Shown piece by piece: positions 22,837 through 34,200 of a stretch of DNA of 64,000 nt. The notes beneath the pieces were generated by a model. It saw only the letters and a list, made by a program, of their open reading frames with translations. It was not told the origin of the DNA and did not search any database. Each line of letters begins with the position of its first letter. The first letter of the stretch is position 1. The translations under genes were made by a program, and so were the position numbers. Location of the stretch: contig NIVC01004021.1 of the NCBI GenBank assembly GCA_002269645.1, forward strand, positions 119 to 64,118. Reading direction: 5' to 3'. Source of the DNA: Macrostomum lignano. Its lineage: Eukaryota.

Positions 22837-24339
22837 TCAAAAGTACATCCGGGTTACAGCGCTCTTCCACGCCCTCTTCCACAGGTAGTCCTGCACAATG
22901 TTATTCTTCGAGGCAAAGAAAATATAGTCGTTGAGACTCGGGGGGCCAGAACTGGACGGCTCCATCCACACGAAAGCGTGGCCCTTCCAGAAATTTATCT
23001 GGCGCAGTTTGGCGTACTTTGCCACCACGCCGGTGAAGTGCACATCGTCTAGGCGGACCGCGCGCAGGCTCTGGCTGCAGCCCAGCGTCTTGGCGACGGC
23101 GCCACGCGACAGCACGTAGCCGAAGCCCAGGCAGTAGGGCGGGAACTTGTTCAACACCCAGTCCGAATAGGGCACGTACCAGAGACTTTTGGCACGGCGC
23201 ACCGGGCTGCGGTTGGGCGTCACAGCGCAGTACAGAAAGTCCTGGCTTTCGCTCGCGGCTTTCGTCTCGGGTATAACGCGTAGGAAATTCGTCAAGTGTA
23301 CAACATCCAGAAATGTGTCATCCTCAAGCTTTACAGCGTACTCAATGGACGGGCAGTAGTTGACTATCCAGTGCAAAGCCAGGTAACTCTTGAGCAGCAG
23401 GTTCGATTGTCGCTCTGGAAAGCCTCCGACTATGATGTCGCGATAGATGGCGCTCTCCCTAGACAGCAGCTCCTCCTGATCTGGCGTGCTTGGTAGGGCG
23501 ACAAAGAAGACCAAACGGATCGGGATGCCGCGCACATTAGTTAATGAGCCATAGGTGTTGCGGATCAGCTGACGGCGCGACAGGTGAGCAAAGTGCGAAT
23601 GCACGAACAATACAATGGCCACCTCGCCGCTGCACAAGTTGCGCTCGATGACGCGGTACTCGACCTTGGCGAACGGGTTTGATGCCACGCCGCGGTGCGA
23701 GCTTTGACACGCTGCTCGGGCTGCCTCCTCCAATTTGAGCAGTTCCGCTTGGCTCTGACGCGCTTCCGGCGACAAACGTCGGTTGGGGTCTTCGTCTGTC
23801 ACCTTCAGCGACACCCGAACTAGACTGGCTGCTGGCGACTTCATCAACAGTGTCTGCTCATCCTGAGGCTGCGCCGCCTGCAGCGACAGGTCGACGGCAG
23901 CAAACGGATCGTAGTCAGCTATGAAGTCGTTTGGCTTCACCAAACTCTCGGTGTCGCCGTAAGGCTTCAGAGCGGAGCCCGTTCCAGCGCCGGCACGCTG
24001 CTGAAATTGTTGCAGGTGCTGCCGACGCATGAACATTGGACTTCGCTGCAGCGCCTCGTAGTGCAGTAAGCCGGCCTCCTGGTCCGTGTCTGCGTCGTCC
24101 AGGCCGGCCGGGTCGATGGCGTGGTTGTTGACTCGACCGTAGCGAATTACCGAGTAGACGGTGAAAGCGAAGGCCACCAGGGTGAGCAGTACAACAAATC
24201 CCAGCAGGCTGATGCAGCAGTACATGGAGAACTTAACCAGGCCCAGCACGGCCAGGCGGGCTAGCTTGACTGACCAGTGCTTGATGAAGCCGAGCAGCTG
24301 CGCTAGCACGCGAGCGGTGGCTTGAGCAGTCCGGGCCAT
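22837..24339 (-). CDS. Beta-1,3-galactosyltransferase-like protein (GT31/Galactosyl_T), type II membrane, intronless CDS, 500 aa
   Basis: N-terminal TM (ISLLGFVVLLTLVAFAFTVYSVI), RQLIRNTYG, LVFFVALP, ESAIYRDII, NLLLKS, KLEDDTF (DDxF motif), FPPYCLGFGYVLS, LDDVHFTG, all canonical GT31 motifs. Confidence 0.92.
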   Translation of the reverse strand: MARTAQATARVLAQLLGFIKHWSVKLARLAVLGLVKFSMYCCISLLGFVVLLTLVAFAFTVYSVIRYGRVNNHAIDPAGLDDADTDQEAGLLHYEALQRSPMFMRRQHLQQFQQRAGAGTGSALKPYGDTESLVKPNDFIADYDPFAAVDLSLQAAQPQDEQTLLMKSPAASLVRVSLKVTDEDPNRRLSPEARQSQAELLKLEEAARAACQSSHRGVASNPFAKVEYRVIERNLCSGEVAIVLFVHSHFAHLSRRQLIRNTYGSLTNVRGIPIRLVFFVALPSTPDQEELLSRESAIYRDIIVGGFPERQSNLLLKSYLALHWIVNYCPSIEYAVKLEDDTFLDVVHLTNFLRVIPETKAASESQDFLYCAVTPNRSPVRRAKSLWYVPYSDWVLNKFPPYCLGFGYVLSRGAVAKTLGCSQSLRAVRLDDVHFTGVVAKYAKLRQINFWKGHAFVWMEPSSSGPPSLNDYIFFASKNNIVQDYLWKRAWKSAVTRMYF

Positions 24340-27300
24340 TATCTCCTGCTACAGCTGCCGTGAATGCAAATGCCTTACTCCGTTTTCTAGCTGGGCTGTG
24401 GCTATAAAAGTGCCAGAGAGTTCAGTGTTTTATAAAGTAGTCTCAGCTAGGTGGACATGCTGTATAGAAGTATAGAATTGTCATGTAATGTCTTTCTCAT
24501 GGAGGACGCGCGATGTGAGGAAAGGAAAGCCAATGAGAAACACTGACGCGACGTTAGAAAGACGGAAAATTGGGAAAGGAATGGACAGGGAAATAACGGA
24601 GAGTTTGCCGCAAGAGGAGGGGGAAGTTAGTCCCAAGGAGGGTTAGAAAACGCTGGAAAAAGTGTACCAGTAGTTCAAACCTCTAGACGGCGTCTCAGTG
24701 TTTTTCTTTCTTTTAAATTTGCCCTTGAGAGAGACTGGCTGGCTGCACGGAGCGGGGGGCACAGAAGAAGACTAGGGGCAAGCTGGGGTTGGCGGAGAAG
24801 TATTAGCTCATAGCGGCCGCGATGGCGAGACCTGCAAGAGGATGCAAGAGGAGGAAGACTGAAGGATGGGGGCGGGGTGGTTGGGTAGTGATTCTAATTC
24901 CTCGCCCCACCCCCAGCTGTCGGCCGGTGCTGTCCGGAGAATCACTGATCGCCAGAGAGGGGAGAGGGTGGCCGGGGGGATTTAGCGGACTGGCATCGGA
25001 CTGGCATGCACGCGAAACCTGCGCTCTGCTCAGCTCGGGCTGAGCGATCCGCTGTGTTGCTAAATGTGTATATTGCGCTGAGATATATTTCTATGCATAT
25101 TGCGAGCAAAGAACGGGGGATGCGGGTGACCGGGAAGACAGGGCGGGGCCGTCTGAGAAAAAATAAGATAAAACGAGCCGTTTGCCAACTTCGAGAGACG
25201 CGATAGATTTTGCCGCGGGGCTACGCGACGAGAATTCTCCACTCGATCAAATTTTTTCTCCATTAGCTCGAGGGGATTCGAACTTGAGAGATTATTATAG
25301 CTTTTCTTTCCAATTCACGCATCGATCTTCCAGCGCCTGCACTTATGCAAATCTGAAAAGAAACTGCTATATGCATGTACGAGTATGATGTATTGCATAG
25401 TTGCAATTGAAACAGGCTGGCTAACCAACTTCATTCAAGCAAATTACTAATCACCACCCTAGGCCTAAAGCATCAATATTGACGCTTTTGAAAGGGTCGA
25501 AATGAATTTAGATGTAACATGCAGTTTAGCCGTTCTAAAACCGAAATTCGAAACCGAAATTTTATAATTTAAATTCATGCATAAAAATGCCTCTATCAAC
25601 ACGACAGCCCAGCCAACCTGCATTGGTGCGACAATTTCACTCAAGGTACATGTACTCACTGCTCATCTATACGGACTGACTGGCATTGAACTGCATCCGC
25701 TTGCTTGGGTGTGGCTCGTCAAACAGTTAGTTTCACAAGCATTTCGGTTTAAAAGTACACATAAAAGCAGGGGAATCTTGCTTCCCTGCCATGGCTATAC
25801 AGATTGGCATGTCCAGGGTCAAATTTCTAATCGACTAAATGCTCCGCTAGAACATTGTCGGCGCATACTCGGGAGTATCCTGAAAGCAATGTGGCGGAGC
25901 TAGCGCTGGAGAAGCAGGAAATATAAATTGCCGTCTGCTGGCGGCGCTTGATCCCATATTTTCTCCCTAAGGATTTGCGAACGCGTCTCGACAATCAGCT
26001 ACAGTAGTTAGGCCTATCCGCACAGTCCAATGCTATGCTCGCGATGGCAGGGCAATTTCAGCTGGGCCTGCTGCCCACCGAGCTGCAGTACCCAATTGCA
26101 AATGCGAGCTTGCGGGGCGTGCAATTAATGGCAAATTCATGCACGCAATGTACACTGCAGAAATGATTAACAGTCAGAATTTCTGAGAACTGCATGAATC
26201 AAGGATTCAACATATGCCCCTCGTAGCATACAATTTCAAAACAAAAGCTGAAATTCAAAACGCGAAAATTCAGTTTTCAGCGTTTGACGACAAAATTATA
26301 CTATTATGTACATTTGTACATGCATAATACATGCAATTTTGTTATAAAAATCCTATTTTCTATCAATATCTCACTTGTACAATTGTGTACGGCATGGCAG
26401 TGCGAACAGCTACTGTACAATGTGCAAATGATGGACTCAGCAACTCCAGCCTCATGCATGCAACGCATTGAATTACGGGGGAGAAGGCCGACCAGGTGGC
26501 TGGAGATACAATTTCGATCAGAATTTTCAATCTATTAATTTTGAGCCTATATATACTACAGATTCATTATATTGACAGTAACTACTGTGCAGAGAATCTC
26601 TGTGTAGCTGGAATTTCTAGGTCAAAGACAATGCAGTTGTCCATACGTGTATTTGTTTTCCGAGGACTGCATGCGCTATGCACTATAATCACCTAGCTAC
26701 ACTGTAAGCTAGGGGACTTTGGACTTAAAGTGAAATGTTGAGCGAGCTGTCTCAGTTGCTGCATGGTCTGATTGACCGAAACGATGTAATTAACACAGAT
26801 TCTATATTACCCAGATGAGCCACTCCAGCCGCCTGGCGAAAACCGCGGGTTCGATCAGACCATAGACTGTAGCTTCCCTAACCCCGGAGTTTTCGGGCCG
26901 AGAGACAGCCTCTCGGAACATAGCGCAAATGCTGGAGTATATACTTCTAAGGTAAAAAATCTGTGATATTAAATTAGGTATAGTCCGGAGCTGAACTATG
27001 AGCTCCATTTCAGTACCTGCAATTCACTGCATTCTCATTTAAGCTGTCTGATTCTGGGGCCAAAGATCAACTCGTCGTCCTTGATTCGATGGAGCAGATT
27101 TGTTTTGCATGTTTTTCTCTCAAATTCAGTTAAAATATATAAATCTGAATTTGTCGTATTTAACTCTGGATCTGCTTATCTATTGCAGTTGTTAGAGTTA
27201 TATGTACAAGTTCATACTAAGTATACATGTATATACAAAGTAAATGTCATGCAATACATGCATACACACTTTTAAAAACGAATTTACATAAAATTTCACG

Positions 27301-28263
27301 ATTTAACGTGAAACTACATCGCACCATACTCGTATTTTCACACATGGATCACATGCATTGATATATATTGATATATATTTAGATACACTTGTACAAAATA
27401 ATATTTTTATTTCATAATTTACACTTGTACAATCAAAAGTTACTTATAGATTCTGTATACCTTATTTAGTAACTCGTTCTTGTTTTTTTTTAGGTTTTTT
27501 AACATTGTTGTCTTGTATGCAAAAATAAGAATATTATTTATTTCATTACAAGTTTTGCGTTTTACTAAAAAACTAGAACAAAAATTAGGAGACTTAGTTA
27601 TATTTGAAAGTTCAGGGAAATTATCAAATTTTAAAAACTTTTTAAAACGAATTATTCAAAATTTAATACGTTTTTTTCTGCATATATTAAGCATAAGATT
27701 AAATAAATGTAGTAGACTGAACTTGATATCTCTCCTTTTCTCTTTAGTACTTACCTACCTCTGGAAGTTTAGCATTGGCCTACCTAGTACAGAAAGAACT
27801 CCGTTTTCCTTCTGGGTTACACCGCATCCAATCGATAATTCCTTACTGAGCTAGGCCTATTTAAATGGTTCCTGTTTAAGCATTCCTGTTTAAGCAAACA
27901 GTAAGATTAGCAGGCTAGCTGTTAACTTGCCATAATTGTTTACTTAGCTTAAAGATTACTTTAGCCAGGGACCTTTTTTGTATAATTGTGATCTTTAATT
28001 TGTGTTGTATGAAACACTGCCTTGAATTTAAATTACCATACTTCGAATACTATAAATAAGCACAACTTCAGCCCTAGTACCAGAAGTACCAGAGTGAAAC
28101 GTCTTAATTTTTTATATATTAGACCTACTTTAAATTAAACATTTGATTCTTTCTAAGGGCAAACTTTGCCTATTACTGCCTAGATTAGATTGTCTCTGAT
28201 CTAGGGCCTATTAAATATTGTTTTAATTGTAAGACAATACTATTAATAGAAAAACCTCAATCA

Positions 28264-31200
28264 ATGAATCCAGAACAGGCTGAAAGCAGTACATCATTAT
28301 CTCTTGAATCAGCCTCTAAAGTAAGTAACTATTTATGTATATATTGCTATCTATATATTTGTTGCTTTTTAAGCTTTAGATAATTGATTTTTAGTATATA
28401 GATTAGAGATTTAGTATATTTAGAAGTTTTGAGCTTGGCAATGTCCTAGGCCTAGGTATATAATTTCTATATTATATTAAAATTATTTTTATCAGTTTTT
28501 TTAAGTGTCGTTGCCAGAGTAAAAACTTTTTGTAATTTTGCGTAAATTACAACATACAAAATACGACTACATCACACAACAATGTATTTTACGTAAAAAA
28601 TTGCATATATTTTTTCCTGCATTGTATAACTTGATTAATCATTTTATAAATATATTAATAAAATAATTTAGCCTAGTATTATTGGTAAATAAATTTCTGA
28701 GCGCTGATTATATCTGTTATTTTTTAATAATTATTAAAGTTTGTCCGCCATATTTTTACCGTTTTCAAAGTTGAAATGTTCTTTTGGTGAACCACTGGCG
28801 TACCACTTGGGAATCCTCCTTTTTCCTTCCGGTGTACCACATTACACCATCCGGACTATGGAATTTTAGTGTTAATTATAACTAGACAGCCATAGCATTT
28901 TTGGCCAAGTTGTAGCCATTATATTGTCTAGGTTATACATTTTTACTGATGGCAGTGCTTATCCCCACGGTACTGTAGGAATAATTTGTCTTATTCCAAC
29001 GGTACCATGGGGATAATTTTCTGCTTATCCGCACGGCACATTGACAAGATAGCTGCCCCATCTTCTACATATGCCGTGGGAATAATTTTCTGCTTATCCG
29101 CACGGGTGAATTGTTAAAGCAATGCAATAATCTATACAAACAAATTGAGAATTTACATGTCTAGTAAGAAGTCTACAGAAGCAGCGGCAATGGACTTTTC
29201 GGGGATGTCGGGATTAGACTAGTTGCTAAAAGTTCTTAAATTGTAAACAATTACTAGAGCAATTCATCTTAAATCATACGTCATAAATACAAAAAAGTGT
29301 TTTTTTGCGTAAAAAGGCCATTAAATCTTTACTTCTATAGAAATAATGGCCAAGCAAAGTTATGTTGTTATATTGCACTCAAACCGTAAGTACTAAACTA
29401 AATTATGAACCCACAGCATATGTAGAAGATGGGGCAGCTATCTCGTCAGTGTGCCATGCGGATAAGCAGAAAATTATCCCTACGGTACCATTGGAATAAG
29501 ACAGAAATTATTCCTACGGTACCGTGGAGATAAGCACTGCCTTTACTGATAGCTAGCAGGTATACAATGCATTTCCCAACAATGCATTGTTAAAACCAAG
29601 TTGTGATAGCCCTTTTTCCTCTAATTTGATCTAATCCCACAATTGTAACCAGGTTGTGGATAGTATGCATGTATGCTGGAACTTTTCTGGCGTATAAAAT
29701 GGCTACCCTAAGTCCTTGGTATACACAATCAGTATACACAAACAACCCTTAGTGAACTTTGTTGGCATACACAAGTAACTTAGCCACATATACTTTTTTG
29801 GTATACAAATTTTGGTGAATAAATTGGCGCAATGTATAAAAATTATAATGTAAATTAATGTTTTTATGTAAAGTATCAGACAATTTGTATTGTCAGTGAT
29901 AAAATTTTTGCTTCTTTTGAAATTAACAATGAATAAAATTAGTGTAAATTTTTGCTAAGAGTATCAATTTTACATCATATTTTTTGTAGGTATAATTTAA
30001 GTTTGTTTAAATTTAAAACATTCGTAATATTTTAAAAACACTTTTCATACAAAAGCCTTTCTTAGAAAACTCAACTGGTGAAAACCGTATTACTTTTTTA
30101 GGAATTTTGGTGTACATTTTAGCACAACATTTTGTTTTTGGCATACAAAGTCCTTGATGCCCAAATTTGGTCTGGCGTATACGGATATATGATCCGCACA
30201 CTAGAACTGTAATATGTTGCATTTAAGTTTTTTTCTAACCTAATTTTTCTAAAATCTCTAAAACTTATACTAATGCTTTAACTTTTTTTATAACTACTTT
30301 CTTAATTATTTACTAGCTGGATACTGAGTATAGGCCACATTCCCAAGTATGCGCTATGCATGGGAGAACATTGTTGCCCTATACTAGAGCCTGGCTGGGA
30401 TAGTCCTAGGAAAAATCTAGCCAGGTGGGATTCAATTTATAAAAGTTGGAACTTACAATTGGTTGGGATTGGGATCAAGATTCACCATTGGCATCCAGGC
30501 GTATTTAGTTATACAATGGCTAAGTAAGGATGCATTTATTATTATTATATATGCATGTGTATTAATTAGTATTAATAGTCAAGTGCTATTACTATACTTG
30601 CCTAACTTGTACTTTAATATAAGGGATGTCCCAAAAGTAGTGTTAATTTTAGCCATAGCTCTTTTTTATAGCTTCCTATGATTTTAAATTTTATGAACTG
30701 ATAGTGGCAAATCTCTTTTACAGACTGCTTTTTGACTTTTTAAAATTGATACCAAAGAACAAAAGTTATACCCACAAAAGTAATAGTACCTATACCATAG
30801 AGTTACACAAACTATAGGAACTGCAACATTGCAACATAGTGCTGAGCTTCACAAGATCCATGCTGAGTATGCTTTGATAGATTGTTGATTTTGGCTGGTC
30901 TAACCTGTTAGCAATCTTTCTAATGATCATTTGGGAGTCCTCGTCAAGAAGCTCTAGAATAGAGTCTGCCAGTACATCAGGTCAATGAACATATGGCCAC
31001 CCTGTCCAATGCTGATCTGCAACATCAGTCCTTCCCTCGTTGAACTACTCCATCCATCAATAAACTGTCATTTTGCTGACTGCAGAGGATCCATATGCAG
31101 AGCAAAGTTTTGTGTGAATTTCTGAGGCACTGGCCCAAAGAGTGATGATGGCACTTCGCTGAGCAATAACTGAGTGCACATCCATGTGTGTTGTCAAGTA

Positions 31201-34200
31201 TGGGCAATGAAATAATGAACAAATTGCAAAATATAAGCTCCTCTGTTTGCAAGTAAAGTAATAAATTAATTGCTTAATTTATGGTCATCGATAAATAATT
31301 GCTTTATTTTTCTGCATATGATCTTATCCATAAACTAATTTCAGGCAGCCACAGAGAGCATCATTTTGCAATTGGGCCTTGTTTTTGCTTAAACAAGACA
31401 TTTATCAATGTCTTCTTAATGAATGAGTGCAGAAGTTGACTATAGCTTTTTGCAGCCCATTTGGGCTTATGCGCATTAAATTTAATCAAAGATAGGTTTT
31501 CCAAAGTAAATGAGCTTTTTTCATGGTCACAAGGGTGGCATAGCAGCATTTAATTTGGTCCAACAAGCATCAATTTGGTCCATAGCGGCTGTAGATTATA
31601 GGTTTACCCCTAGCTTTTAACTTAGACATGACTGACACAAGCAAGTGAGAATGGAAGCATAGCTTCATTTGCAACAGCTGCGGAGAAGCAAGCTCAGCCC
31701 CAGGATTGTGGTCCATATGCTAGACTGTCAAATGAATGGCATAGGCTTGTAATCGAAGCACTTGATAGAGGTAAACATAAACACCCTAAGGACATTGCAA
31801 CGTTGCTAAATGCCAAAGAAAAAATGGTTTATGTAAGCATCTGTCAGTGCATTGAAACCACTGGCAGAAGAGATCGTCTGCAAAGAGGTGGAAATTGCCA
31901 AAGCAAATTCCTAGAGCCTTAGGTCCAGTTGCTACTCAATGCAATTGAGAGAAACCCTTTGTTGATGTTGCAGCAAATGCTGCAGCAGGAGCTAAACCAA
32001 CAGTTCCAGTTAGTTGTCAGTATCTCCACTATCAGCAGAGCTCTGGAAAAGCAACTGATTATGCTAAAAATTCTTGGTAGAGATACTGACATTCCAGCAG
32101 TGCGCAACAGCCTGCAGATGGTTGCAAGAAGACAGGAGTTTGCTGAATGGCTGACAGCTCTTGACCCTGTGACTTCTAATTTATCTGAACAAGACAGGAT
32201 TTAACATTTGGACTCGAAGAATGCAAGGTCATGGTCATCAAGGTCAGCATATATGGTGCACCATTTATTCTCAGTGAGGTCATCAAGTGAATGTACTGCA
32301 AGCAATTTCACCAACCATTGGACTTGTCTACCACAAAGTTGTGAGCCAGACTATGACTGGTGATCTGTTTCAGCAGTGCATCAATGAACTTGTGTGGTCC
32401 CTACTCAAACTTCATGGATTAGATGCCCAACAACAGGTGCGCATCATTATGGATGGTGCGCAGTTTCATAACGGAACCCAGATTCTGGAAGTACATTAGG
32501 ACAGGATCCAGCTCATCCAATTGCCCCCATATTCTCCATTTCTGAATCCTATTGAGGCTGCCCATTCCTGCCTGAAGGCTGTAATCAAACAGGAGCTCAG
32601 TGACCTGGCCACCCAACTAGAGCTTGATCAACCACCCTTGGCCAATGGAGAATACTGGTACTTCAGTGGATTGCAGAGGCTGCTACAGCTGCCATCACAC
32701 CTTTAAAGTGTGCAGGTTGGTATTGGCAGATGCTGCATTTCGTGCCTACTTGCATTTCAGGAGAAAATGTCAATTAATCTTTGTTTTCCTCAGCAGAGTT
32801 TCGACTATGCTAAAAAAATCTGTTCCATAATTATAGTTAAGTAGAATACATTTCTGATGTTATCAGGTGTTACTTTAGTACAGTGAAATTTGCTTAAATA
32901 AATTGAATTCTATAGCTGCAACTCTTGATTAGGTTTCATAGTCGCTATGAACCAAATTGATGCTTGTTGGACCAAATTAAATGCTGCTGTGCCACCCTTG
33001 CGACAATAGACAAAAGCTCATTTACTTTGGAAAACCTATCTTTGATTAAATTTAATGTGCAGAAGCCCAAATGGGCTGCAAAAAGCTATATTATAAAATT
33101 TGATAGTTTGTGTAACTCTATGGTGTAGGCTCTGTTACTTTTGTGGGTATAACTTTGTTTCTCCAGCATCGATTTTTAAAATTCAAGAAGCAGTTTGTAG
33201 AAGAGATTTGCCGCTATTAGTTCATAAAATTTTAAATCACAGGAAGCTATAGAACGAGAGCTATGATTAAAATTAACACTACTTTTGGGATACCCCTCAT
33301 ATAAGTTAGTACTATTAGATTGTAGAGCCCAGACAAACTTAAGTTTTGGTCAAGTCAAGTACTTGATTGAAATTTGGGAGTTTGAGCTGAGTATTCAAGT
33401 CAAGTTTTGTTGAGCAGTTGAGTAGAAAGAAAATTTAGTAGTTAGTGAATTTCAAACCTCAACCTATTTGACTATTGTCATATTTTTTGCACTGAACTTT
33501 ATAATTTTCATTTTGTTAGTATTTTTAATAATTAAAGATTATCAAATAATACTTTTAGTACAAAATTAGGCTTTTCAATTACTTTTTGTTTGAGTAAGTT
33601 GATTGATTCATTTAATTGAAGATATTCTAGAAAATCAGAAAAACCTCAAAGGCTCAAACTAAATAAACAAATCAATTTGGCATACTTGCCTCATTTAGTC
33701 CTTTCAAAATTGCTTCTAAACAATTTTTAGGGTATACTTAAAATATAAAAAAAACTTTTTATAATCCTGCCTGACTTTTCCCAACTCCAGACACTTATTC
33801 CCAACATAGTCAGGAATCTGAAAAAACAGCTGGGTCCCGACCAAGTCAGGATTGGGATTGGGATCCTGGTCGGGCTCTACCCAACACATTGCATGCAAGA
33901 GGGTTAGATCAAATCTACCTAGTGTATACCAATGGACCAGTAGACCAAAAGAGAGGAAAGGGAGTTATAATATATGCAGGCTATGAAAGGTCCAATCAAT
34001 GTTAGAAAAAGTATTCAAAACTTTTAGAAATGAGAGTGCTAACAAACAACAGTTTTAAAAATGCTTAAATTTTGTAGTGACCTAAATAGTTATTCTTTTT
34101 TATCTTATATCAATAAAAAATAATGTTTATTTTAAAGTTGTCATAAAATGCTTAAGAAATAAAAATATCACATCATGTTTTAAGACCCAAGAAATTTTTG

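Noticed and set aside
25255-25340. B-box-like GTTCGAATCCC (minus) and GGGTTCGATC (about 26845) as tRNA or SINE
   Set aside because: No cloverleaf or properly spaced A-box could be identified.
30385-33880. Possible third, outermost TIR pair starting TAGAGCC
   Set aside because: Ends share only short motifs (TAGAGCC, GGGATTGGGAT) and do not align convincingly; no TSD.
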